Shown here piece by piece: positions 1 through 7,971 of a stretch of 12,682 nt of DNA; positions within the stretch are counted from its first letter, which is position 1; every line of letters starts with the position of its first letter. This DNA is from Bdellovibrionales bacterium (GTDB taxonomy: Bacteria > Bdellovibrionota > Bdellovibrionia > Bdellovibrionales > DASUEL01): positions 1 through 12,682 of the forward strand of contig JBFWOZ010000065.1 of the NCBI GenBank assembly GCA_050250255.1. The letters are read 5' to 3'. The notes beneath the pieces were generated by a model, which saw only the letters and a program-made list of their open reading frames with translations, was not told the DNA's origin and ran no database searches. A program made the translations under genes and the position numbers.

Positions 1-3000
1 AGTTCGGCGTGAACATGTCAAAGGAAGCCAATTCAATAACAGCTTTTAATACACCTTCAAAAAGAACCGGTAACACAACAACAGAAAGTGGTTTCGCTTC
101 GCCGAGGCTTGAAGCAATATAAATATAGTCATCAGGAACTCTTGTAAGAAGAATTTTTTTCTTCTCAAAAGCACACTGACCAATCAGACCCTCTTTCATA
201 TGAAATTGGTTTGCTACATTCTTACGTACGGTAAATCCGTAACTTGCCACAAGATTGAGTACTTGCTCACCACTCTCTTGTTCGAGCATGAAGAACGTAC
301 CATGCTGAGCATGAATTAATGCTGTTAACTCAGACATAATGAGTTGTGCCACCGAAGTAATACTTCGCTGCCCTTGCATCATGCCGGAGAACTTCGCGAG
401 GTTTGTTTTTAACCAATCCTGCTCGGTATTCTTTTGGGTTGTATCTTTGAGGTTCGAAATCATTTGGTTGATATTGTCCTTGAGGGCCGCAACTTCACCT
501 TGAGCCTCCACTGTAACGGATCGAGTGAGATCCCCTTTTGTTACCGCAGTAGACACTTCCGCGATCGCTCGCACCTGAGATGTTAAGTTACCTGCAAGCT
601 GGTTCACGTTATCCGTTAAGTCTTTCCATGTACCAGAAGCTCCTGGAACCTTTGCTTGTCCACCCAGTTTTCCTTCGATCCCTACTTCACGTGCAACTGT
701 AGTTACCTGATCAGCGAAGGTACGAAGTGTGTCTGTCATGTTGTTAATCGTTTCTGCAAGAGCGGCCACTTCCCCTTTTGCTTCGAGTACGAATTTTTGG
801 TTCAAGTCGCCATCCGCAACTGCGGTCACAACTTTAATGATCCCGCGAACCTGTTTAGTGAGGTTCGACGCCATGAAGTTTACGTTATCCGTTAAGTCTT
901 TCCATGTACCTGCAACCCCAGGAACTCGCGCTTGAGCTCCAAGTTTTCCTTCGATACCCACTTCGCGGGCTACAGTTGTTACCTGATCGGCAAAGGTACG
1001 GAGTGTATCCACCATCGAGTTCATCGTTTCGGCAAGAGCGGCTACTTCCCCCTTTGCTTCGAGTACGAATTTTTGGTTTAAGTCACCGTTTGCAACCGAG
1101 GTTACCACTTTAATAATACCGCGAACTTGTTTGGTAAGGTTTGAGGCCATGAAGTTCACATTATCCGTGAGATCTTTCCATGTACCAGAAACTCCGCGCA
1201 CATCGGCCTGACCGCCAAGCTTTCCTTCCGTTCCTACTTCTTTCGCTACACGAGTTACCTCGGAAGCGAATGAGGAGAGCTGGTCCACCATCTTATTAAT
1301 CACATCTTTAATTTGAAGAATTTCACCTTTTGCATCCACAGTGATTTTTTGTCCGAGATCCCCGTTCGCAATCGACGTTGCTACTTTTGATACGTCACGC
1401 AGCTGAACTGTAAGGTTTGACGCCATCGCGTTCACGTTATCCGTCAAATCTTTCCAAGTTCCAGAAACCCCTTTTACATCGGCCTGACCGCCCAATTTTC
1501 CTTCGGTTCCTACTTCCTTCGCAACACGTGTTACTTCTGCAGCAAAAGAGTTGAGCTGATCCACCATCGTGTTGATCGTGATTTTGAGTTCGAGGATCTC
1601 TCCTTTTACATCCACCGTGATTTTCTGAGACAAGTCGCCTTTCGCAACCGCAGTTGTTACCTTTGCGATGTTACGAACTTGGTCTGTTAAGTTACCCGCA
1701 AGAACGTTCACATTGTCCGTCAAATCTTTCCAAGTTCCAGAAACCCCTTTTACATCGGCCTGACCGCCCAACTTTCCTTCGGTTCCCACTTCTTTCGCAA
1801 CACGTGTTACCTCTGAAGAAAAAGATCGGAGTGTATCCACCATCGTATTGATCGTGTTTTTGAGTTCGAAGATCTCACCTCGTGCATCCACTGTGATTTT
1901 TTGTGATAAGTCACCATTTGCAACCGCGGTCGTTACCTTCGCGATGTTACGAACCTGAGATGTTAAGTTACCCGCAAGCTGGTTTACGTTATCCGTTAAG
2001 TCTTTCCAGATTCCAGAAACTCCCTTCACGAGAGCCTGACCGCCCAATTTTCCTTCGGTTCCTACCTCCTTCGCAACCCGTGTTACTTCCGCACCGAAGC
2101 TGTTGAGCTGATCCACCATCGTGTTGATCGTGTTTTTAAGTTCGAGGATTTCGCCCTTCGCATCCACCGTAATTTTTTGTGATAAGTCACCGGTCGCAAC
2201 CGCCGTCGTCACTTTTGCGATGTTACGAACTTGGTTCGTTAAGTTACCCGCAAGAACGTTCACGTTATCCGTTAAGTCTTTCCATGTACCAGAAACCCCT
2301 TTTACATCTGCTTGACCACCAAGCTTTCCTTCCGTTCCTACTTCCTTCGCAACCCGTGTTACTTCAGAAGCGAATGAGGAGAGCTGGTCCACCATCTTAT
2401 TGATCACATCTTTAATTTGAAGAATTTCACCTTTTACATCGACCGTGATTTTTTGTCCGAGATCTCCGTTGGCGATAGATGTTGCTACTTTAGATACGTC
2501 ACGCAGCTGAACCGTAAGGTTTGACGCCATCGCGTTCACGTTGTCCGTTAAGTCTTTCCAAGTTCCAGAAACCCCTTTTACATCGGCCTGACCGCCCAAT
2601 TTTCCTTCGGTTCCCACTTCTTTCGCAACACGGGTTACCTCTGAAGAAAAAGATCGGAGTGTTTCCACCATCGTATTGATCGTGTCTTTGAGCTCTAGGA
2701 TTTCACCTTTCGCATCCACCGTAATTTTTTGCGACAAATCTCCATTCGCAACGGCAGTCGTTACCTTCGCGATATTACGAACTTGAGATGTTAAGTTCCC
2801 CGCAAGCTGGTTCACGTTGTCCGTGAGATCGCGCCATGTTCCAGACACCCCTTTCACGTCTGCTTGTCCACCTAGCTTTCCTTCCGTACCTACATCTTTC
2901 GCAACACGTGTTACCTCGGCTGCGAACGATCGGAGTGTATCCACCATCACGTTGATCGTGTTTTTAAGTTCGAGGATTTCACCCTTCGCATCCACCGTAA

Positions 3001-4138
3001 TTTTTTGTGATAAGTCACCGGTCGCAACCGCCGTCGTCACTTTTGCGATGTTACGAACTTGGTTCGTTAAGTTACCCGCAAGAACGTTCACGTTATCCGT
3101 TAAGTCTTTCCAAGTTCCAGAAACCCCTTTTACATCCGCCTGACCACCGAGACGACCTTCCGTTCCTACTTCCTTCGCAACACGGGTTACCTCGGCTGCA
3201 AACGAGGAGAGCTGGTCCACCATCACATTGATGGTATTCTTTAACTCGTAAACTTCTCCACGAGCATCCACAGTGATTTTTTGCGACAAATCCCCTTTTG
3301 CCACCGCGGTCGTCACTTTTGCGATGTTACGAACCTGATTCGTTAAGTTACCGGCAAGCTGGTTCACGTTATCGGTTAAGTCACGCCAAATCCCGGAGGC
3401 TCCTTTTACATCGGCCTGACCGCCCAGTTTTCCTTCGGTACCCACTTCCTTCGCCACACGAGTCACCTCGGATGCGAATGAATTCAGCTGATCCACCATC
3501 TGATTTACCGTGGTACCAATACGAAAAAACTCTCCCTTTACCACGCGACCATCGATCTCAAGTGACATCTTTTGTGATAAGTCACCTTTCGCCACCGAAG
3601 TAATAACCCGGGCAACTTCGTTTGTTGGTTGTACAAGATCCCCGATGATCGTATTGAAAGAGTCAATCGTATCGGCCCAAGAACCTTTTACGAGACCGAT
3701 CGAAGCACGTTCGGCCATCTTCCCCTCTTGACCCACCATTTTACTTACGCGAATAAATTCTTCAGTCGTATTTTTATTAATTTCAACGATGTCGTTTAAC
3801 ACTTCACCGATTTCACTGATGAGACCATCACCACCGTTAGGAAACTGAACATCAAAGCTTCCTTGTCTCATCGACTTCACCATTTGAAGAACGTAACGGA
3901 GCTGTTCCTTTTCCGTCGCGTTCGCGTGAAGAGGTTTCAATTGGTTCAACACGAACCGATTGTGACGCTCAGGCGCTCGGTATTCCGTCGTAGAACTCCC
4001 TCCGGTTGTAGGTCGGCTTTTTAAGCTCACTTTAATTTTTGAGCCATTAGGTTTTGTAGTTTTCACAACGTCAGACGACTTGCTAGGTGAAGTTTTCTTT
4101 TTTGCTCTTTGCACATTTTGAGCCGATGAATCTTTCAT
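1..4138 (-). CDS. Poly-HAMP + GAF sensor protein, probable hybrid histidine kinase (Nik1/Os-1/OsaA-like); 3' end lies outside the window (>=1379 aa)
   Basis: Manual translation: ATG at 4138 preceded by an AGAGGAG Shine-Dalgarno (4143-4149). The frame stays in register to position 2. It begins [21 protein letters not shown] and contains 11 repeats of W(K/R)[61 protein letters not shown]. These are followed by [17 protein letters not shown] and a GAF-like segment ([11 protein letters not shown]...[18 protein letters not shown]). The kinase and receiver domains are inferred to lie beyond the edge. Confidence 0.93.
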   Translation of the reverse strand, partial: MKDSSAQNVQRAKKKTSPSKSSDVVKTTKPNGSKIKVSLKSRPTTGGSSTTEYRAPERHNRFVLNQLKPLHANATEKEQLRYVLQMVKSMRQGSFDVQFPNGGDGLISEIGEVLNDIVEINKNTTEEFIRVSKMVGQEGKMAERASIGLVKGSWADTIDSFNTIIGDLVQPTNEVARVITSVAKGDLSQKMSLEIDGRVVKGEFFRIGTTVNQMVDQLNSFASEVTRVAKEVGTEGKLGGQADVKGASGIWRDLTDNVNQLAGNLTNQVRNIAKVTTAVAKGDLSQKITVDARGEVYELKNTINVMVDQLSSFAAEVTRVAKEVGTEGRLGGQADVKGVSGTWKDLTDNVNVLAGNLTNQVRNIAKVTTAVATGDLSQKITVDAKGEILELKNTINVMVDTLRSFAAEVTRVAKDVGTEGKLGGQADVKGVSGTWRDLTDNVNQLAGNLTSQVRNIAKVTTAVANGDLSQKITVDAKGEILELKDTINTMVETLRSFSSEVTRVAKEVGTEGKLGGQADVKGVSGTWKDLTDNVNAMASNLTVQLRDVSKVATSIANGDLGQKITVDVKGEILQIKDVINKMVDQLSSFASEVTRVAKEVGTEGKLGGQADVKGVSGTWKDLTDNVNVLAGNLTNQVRNIAKVTTAVATGDLSQKITVDAKGEILELKNTINTMVDQLNSFGAEVTRVAKEVGTEGKLGGQALVKGVSGIWKDLTDNVNQLAGNLTSQVRNIAKVTTAVANGDLSQKITVDARGEIFELKNTINTMVDTLRSFSSEVTRVAKEVGTEGKLGGQADVKGVSGTWKDLTDNVNVLAGNLTDQVRNIAKVTTAVAKGDLSQKITVDVKGEILELKITINTMVDQLNSFAAEVTRVAKEVGTEGKLGGQADVKGVSGTWKDLTDNVNAMASNLTVQLRDVSKVATSIANGDLGQKITVDAKGEILQIKDVINKMVDQLSSFASEVTRVAKEVGTEGKLGGQADVRGVSGTWKDLTDNVNFMASNLTKQVRGIIKVVTSVANGDLNQKFVLEAKGEVAALAETMNSMVDTLRTFADQVTTVAREVGIEGKLGAQARVPGVAGTWKDLTDNVNFMASNLTKQVRGIIKVVTAVADGDLNQKFVLEAKGEVAALAETINNMTDTLRTFADQVTTVAREVGIEGKLGGQAKVPGASGTWKDLTDNVNQLAGNLTSQVRAIAEVSTAVTKGDLTRSVTVEAQGEVAALKDNINQMISNLKDTTQKNTEQDWLKTNLAKFSGMMQGQRSITSVAQLIMSELTALIHAQHGTFFMLEQESGEQVLNLVASYGFTVRKNVANQFHMKEGLIGQCAFEKKKILLTRVPDDYIYIASSLGEAKPLSVVVLPVLFEGVLKAVIELASFDMFTPN
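450..3620 (-). repeat. Intragenic 276-bp (92-aa) tandem repeat, 11 units plus a degenerate N-terminal unit
   Basis: The Trp codon of W(K/R)DLTDNVN begins (minus strand) at 3388, 3112, 2836, 2560, 2284, 2008, 1732, 1456, 1180, 904 and 628, exactly 276 bp apart. Outer boundaries are approximate. Confidence 0.97.
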
Positions 4139-4239
4139 GGAACTCCTCTTTTGTTTGTGGCCTCGGAAATTTATAGGATTGAGAGAAGGGATGTCTATTG
4201 GGAAATTCCTTAGAATTTGAAACGAGCTTTGAACAATGC

Positions 4240-4266
4240 TCTAATAAACTTAAAAAGTTTATTAGA
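4240..4266. promoter_or_regulatory. Perfect 12-bp inverted repeat, candidate operator upstream of the kinase gene
   Basis: TCTAATAAACTT-AAA-AAGTTTATTAGA, about 100 bp upstream of the ATG at 4138 in a divergent intergenic region. Confidence 0.5.
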
Positions 4267-4418
4267 TGGGAAAACAAGTCTAAAGGCCCAGCAAACAATA
4301 TGCCGTCTTAATTTTTCCTAATATGAAATTTAATGAAAGACTGCTGGGGCTAATTTCCTCTTTGGGGAAATACACCCCAGCCCGAAAGTCTGTACTCGAC
4401 TTCTTTATTGATGGCGAG

Positions 4419-4446
4419 TTGACTCAAAAATGAGAAAATATAAAAT
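4419..4446 (+). promoter_or_regulatory. Putative sigma70 promoter for the OMP gene
   Basis: TTGACT (4419-4424), 16-nt spacer, TAAAAT (4441-4446). It is followed by the palindrome ATTGCG-G-CGCAAT (4450-4462). Confidence 0.5.
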
Positions 4447-4536
4447 AATATTGCGGCGCAATGAAAAGTTCTAGCAACGAGCTATAAAAAGCTGTTGGCA
4501 TTTTACAGAGAAGATCGTGAGAATAAGGATATGAAT

Positions 4537-5136
4537 ATGAAAGCTTTTCTATTTTTGGTCCCTTTTCTTTTTACCCATCAAGCCTTAGCCCTTATTGAAG
4601 TTCGCGGCACGGCGGGCGGAGCGATCATTGACTCCACACATCTCAATAGCACGCTTACGACTCACGGAATTCCAAACGTATACGCCATCGGAGTATACGG
4701 AGGAGATGTTTTGTTTACCCCGCCAGTCATTCCTCTCGCCTTTGGTATTCGCTACGATTACTTCAACATTCGCGTTGGTGATGACAATTCCAATAACGTA
4801 GCTATTCGACAAACCCGCTTTGCAGCGCTCGCTTCGTTACGATTTTTTGAAAGCTTAGGAACATTTGTTGGTTTGATTGGCTCCCTCGGGTTCTCCCATC
4901 AATCACATCTCAAAATGAGGGTTTCACAAGTAGATACCGTCTATGATCAAGCGACAGTAGAGAGCAGCAGTGGTGGTTTAGAAATTGGATTTCGCATTAT
5001 GCCCTTTTTGATCGGTCTTGAATTTGGATTTCAATCTTATTTAGCGAAAGATGTGAAAAACTCTTCTAATCAGCAAGGGCCCGATATGAACCTCAGCGGA
5101 TTCTACACAAGAGGCTTAGCCGGCCTTTCTTTTTAA
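4537..5136 (+). CDS. Exported protein, probable small outer-membrane beta-barrel (199 aa)
   Basis: Start re-called to ATG 4537 after AAGGA. Sec signal peptide MKAFLFLVPFLFTHQALA, alternating Gly/aromatic beta-strand pattern, and a C-terminal Phe (GLAGLSF) typical of BAM substrates. Confidence 0.7.
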   Translation: MKAFLFLVPFLFTHQALALIEVRGTAGGAIIDSTHLNSTLTTHGIPNVYAIGVYGGDVLFTPPVIPLAFGIRYDYFNIRVGDDNSNNVAIRQTRFAALASLRFFESLGTFVGLIGSLGFSHQSHLKMRVSQVDTVYDQATVESSSGGLEIGFRIMPFLIGLEFGFQSYLAKDVKNSSNQQGPDMNLSGFYTRGLAGLSF

Positions 5137-5185
5137 TACGCTCTCAACATTGACTCCCCGGCACCACCGAGACAAATTGGTGCCT

Positions 5186-6196
5186 ATGACAAGAACTCGC
5201 ACTCTCCTCCTGACTATTTTTTTCATCGTGCTCCTTGCCGTATTCTTCACAAAGAAATCATACGAAAATAAACTCCGTGAGAAAATTTTGGCGACTGTTC
5301 ATGAGAATTGCAAAAGCTGTAAGCTTGAAATCTCATCCCTTAAAATTCATCTCTTCGCTCGCGATCTTTCACTTCGACAAATAAAATTCACAGCAGGAAG
5401 ACGCATCACCACAGCCGTAGAGGCACAAATTGAAAAAATCTCGCTCAGTCTCACAAGCTCCCCCTTTGATCTTAAAAACATGGAGATCGATAAAGTTGAA
5501 ATCGAATCTCCCCAAATCACTGTTATTGAAGGTGATGAGAAAACTGGTTCCCATCCTTTACGCACGAACGAAGAACTCAAATGGAATATCGAAAAAATTT
5601 TTATTTATAATGGGAAGTTTAAATACCTCCGTGAAAGTCCCGATCGAACGGGAGTGATTCATATGAACGATATTCAAGTGACGGTAGAAAATTTGAATTC
5701 TGCAACGGGTCCGCAAGCGAAACTTGCTCAAGTCAAAGCGAAGTCATTACTCGAGAACTCGGGCCAGGTCGAAATGAACATAAATACAGCGCCTTTTGAA
5801 GACCAAACCAATGTTGATTTGGATATTCGACTTTCTCAATACAATTTAAAAGAGTCGAATGACTTTTTTAAACCCATTGATCAAGCCGAACTCTCTGGAG
5901 AAATCGTAAGTGGATTTGCCACCAGCAAAGTGCGGGGTCCAAAACTGATATCTACGGTAGAAGTAAAATATAAGAATTTAGATGTGCAGTTCTTTACGGA
6001 TAAAGATCGCACAGATGTGGCTAATTTTTTCATGAACGTCATGGCCGATGCAAAGTTCGACAAAAAAAGCACGGATGAAAGTAAGCCCGAACGAACTCGC
6101 ACCGCTCATATCGTACGCAAAGCTGAGGAAACCCTTATAAGTTTTATTCTTCGCGGCCTTAAAGATGCCTCTCTCGAAGTTGCCACCACAAATTAA
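5186..6196 (+). CDS. DUF748/AsmA-like membrane-anchored periplasmic protein
   Basis: Single N-terminal TM helix (LLLTIFFIVLLAVFF) followed by a beta-rich body with AsmA-like phrases (IDKVEIESPQITV; IEKIFIYNGKFKY) and a helical C-terminus. The start (5186 vs 5150) is uncertain. Confidence 0.6.
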   Translation: MTRTRTLLLTIFFIVLLAVFFTKKSYENKLREKILATVHENCKSCKLEISSLKIHLFARDLSLRQIKFTAGRRITTAVEAQIEKISLSLTSSPFDLKNMEIDKVEIESPQITVIEGDEKTGSHPLRTNEELKWNIEKIFIYNGKFKYLRESPDRTGVIHMNDIQVTVENLNSATGPQAKLAQVKAKSLLENSGQVEMNINTAPFEDQTNVDLDIRLSQYNLKESNDFFKPIDQAELSGEIVSGFATSKVRGPKLISTVEVKYKNLDVQFFTDKDRTDVANFFMNVMADAKFDKKSTDESKPERTRTAHIVRKAEETLISFILRGLKDASLEVATTN

Positions 6197-6236
6197 ATCA
6201 CTTCCGAAGGTGTAGATGAATCTAGCGGAGCAACTT

Positions 6237-6614
6237 CTATACCTCATTCTGCATAAAAATAAAAACACTCACCCCCACAAGAAGTAGAGTAAGAGGAACA
6301 GTCACCCACCATTGATCGACTTTTATCCATATTATAATAAGAGAAGAGAAAATCATTATTATAGCAAAAAATTTTGCCGGACGAGCGATCGCATGATGAT
6401 TCTCCCATTGCCTTAACGGTGGGCCTAGTACTGGATGTTGATACATCCACTGATGTGCCTTCGGAGAACTTTTCAGAAAACACCAAGCGGCTAGCAAAAG
6501 AAAAGGTGTGGTGGGTAAGAGTGGAACAAACACTCCAACGATGCCTGCAACAGTTGAGAAAATGCCCAGGGCAAATAGCAAACTTCTTAAAGCTTTATTT
6601 TTGACTATACCCAT
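6237..6614 (-). CDS. ybaN: YbaN family (DUF454) inner-membrane protein
   Basis: Family signature GIVGVFVPLLPTTPFLLLAAWCFLKSSPK.H.W...HP.LGP.L..W. Confidence 0.9.
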   Translation of the reverse strand: MGIVKNKALRSLLFALGIFSTVAGIVGVFVPLLPTTPFLLLAAWCFLKSSPKAHQWMYQHPVLGPPLRQWENHHAIARPAKFFAIIMIFSSLIIIWIKVDQWWVTVPLTLLLVGVSVFIFMQNEV

Positions 6615-6751
6615 TAGGTGGATTTTGACTCATATTTGTTTTTAAAAAGTTCGTTCTTCATCTTAAGTCCTTCACCCATTTTTTCTGAAACCAATTTCCA
6701 CAACTGCGCCTGTTCCGCACTAAGATGAGTTTCAAGCGTGTCATGAAAAAC
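6614..6751 (-). pseudogene. 5'-truncated gene remnant resembling the C-terminus of a group III truncated hemoglobin
   Basis: The frame reads *VFHDTLETHLSAEQAQLWKLVSEKMGEGLKMKNELFKNKYESKST*. Its TAA (6614-6616) overlaps the ybaN ATG as TAATG. There is an in-frame TAG at 6752-6754 and no start codon at the 5' end of the fragment. The globin assignment rests on remembered pattern similarity only. Confidence 0.5.
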
Positions 6752-6919
6752 CTATAACACATTTTTTTCGGACAGTGGTCCGAATTAAATAGAGATAATC
6801 CGTTTTCCGAACTGTAGATGCAAAAAAACAAAATTAAGGAGGGCACCTTCGTTGCTACCTACTCACTTTGCTTTGATGGTCAAAGCAGATGAAACAAATC
6901 AATGAGAAGGCAGGTCGTT

Positions 6920-7600
6920 ATGAAACGAGTGATTTTTTTAATTTTAATGGTGCTCCCCATTCTTTTAAATTTTAAGTCTAAGGCTTATGGGAAACAAATT
7001 CCCATATCCGTCACAGAGTTTACCGATAAAACCGGCGATCCTGGTCGCTGCAACTACGGCTGGCTTTATTGGCAGAACCGCATGGGCAGCGCGTTCCAAG
7101 AGATGCTCATCACAGAATTAGTGAAAGATCGTCGCCTCATGGTTCTCGAGCGAGGAACTATTAATAAAATCTATGAGGGTGAACACAATCTGGTGAATTC
7201 AAAAAATGATACGAAAACTTTAAAAAGAGAGTCGTTTAAAAAAGCAAAATACACAATTGTCGGCAGCACTTCAGAGTTTGAATTTTGCGCCGAAAAGGAC
7301 GACACGGGGGTTGACGTTGGAGTCGCTGCCGATCTGATCGGCATTCCTAACCCTTTCGGATCAGTGAAAGTGAAGTCTGGCGGAGCCAAAGCAAAAGCCG
7401 TCATCGATCTTCGCGTGATCAATGTCGAAACCGGAGAAGTGATCGCATCTGTAACGAAAGAAGGAAATTCTGAAAATAAGAATTTTTCTTTAGATTCAAA
7501 TATATTTGATAAAAAGTCAGAAAATAGCCAACCCATCGCTCAAGCCGCACGCGAAGCCATTCGTAAAGCCGCCGATGAAATTAAACCCATGCTCAATTAA
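6920..7600 (+). CDS. CsgG/HfaB-family exported protein
   Basis: Signal peptide followed by ISVTEFTDKTG...EMLITELVKDRRLMVLER...YTIVGSTSEFE...AVIDLRVINVETGEVIASV..EG...AAREAIRKA, the typical CsgG-like order of motifs. Start re-called to ATG 6920. Confidence 0.8.
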   Translation: MKRVIFLILMVLPILLNFKSKAYGKQIPISVTEFTDKTGDPGRCNYGWLYWQNRMGSAFQEMLITELVKDRRLMVLERGTINKIYEGEHNLVNSKNDTKTLKRESFKKAKYTIVGSTSEFEFCAEKDDTGVDVGVAADLIGIPNPFGSVKVKSGGAKAKAVIDLRVINVETGEVIASVTKEGNSENKNFSLDSNIFDKKSENSQPIAQAAREAIRKAADEIKPMLN

Positions 7601-7618
7601 CATCGCAAGCGAAATAAC

Positions 7619-7647
7619 TAAGGCAAGTGTCACTGACACTAGCCTTA
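7619..7647. repeat. Near-perfect 29-bp palindrome downstream of the csgG-like gene
   Basis: TAAGGCAAGTGTCA-C-TGACACTAGCCTTA, 14-bp arms with one mismatch and no U-tract. Confidence 0.75.
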
Positions 7648-7696
7648 ATCTGTATCAAAAGAATTCATTAGTACAATTAGCCGTAAGCTGCAGCAG

Positions 7697-7966
7697 CTCG
7701 ATAAAATCATTCGTTGGTTGACAGGCTACACCCAAAAAAAATTAGAAGCCCAACTAAAAAAGCAAACAGACTTTGAAACTTTCTTTGAGGAAGCTCCTCG
7801 TCTAAATCCCTCGCGAGCTTTGATCAAAGGTACGATCTGCGGCGTCCGAATCGAAGACATAGAAGAACCCACGATGAAGGAAATTCGCTACTTGGATAAG
7901 CTGATCGACGAATTAGCAAAAGGCAAAACGATGGAAAAGATCTTACGGCAAGAGGTTAAAGGTTAA
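7697..7966 (+). pseudogene. DUF2200 family gene, 5'-truncated
   Basis: Reads [13 protein letters not shown]...[60 protein letters not shown]. Family similarity extends upstream of the TTG at 7718. Further upstream the expected N-terminal ~30 aa (SFASVYP.Y..K.EKKGRT) is absent, and there is an in-frame TAA at 7646 with no ATG after it. Confidence 0.8.
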
Positions 7967-7971
7967 ACAGC

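Noticed and set aside
450..3620. 276-bp periodicity as a CRISPR array or mobile repeat
   Set aside because: The repeats are contiguous, in-frame and protein-coding, with mostly third-position variation and no unique spacers.
656..3731. Twelve short + strand ORFs in the ORF track, several resembling each other
   Set aside because: They are antisense shadows of the repetitive minus-strand HAMP gene, and their mutual similarity just reflects the 276-bp repeat.
4083..4298. 71-aa minus-strand ORF
   Set aside because: It overlaps the kinase start, SD and promoter region in another frame and has no recognisable features.
5160..5184. ATTGGTGCC matching the tRNA-Leu 3' end (possible att site)
   Set aside because: Only a 9-bp match, explained as one arm of a local GGCACCA/TGGTGCC hairpin. 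No integrase is present in the window.
6658..6846. 62-aa minus-strand ORF upstream of ybaN
   Set aside because: Not protein-like. A different frame (6614-6751) shows the coupled stop and an amphipathic helix pattern.
7594..7725. Possible integron attC site (TAAC at the csgG-like stop, GTT downstream)
   Set aside because: The inverse core does not fit RYYYAAC, and I could not find complementary R/L boxes spanning the interval.
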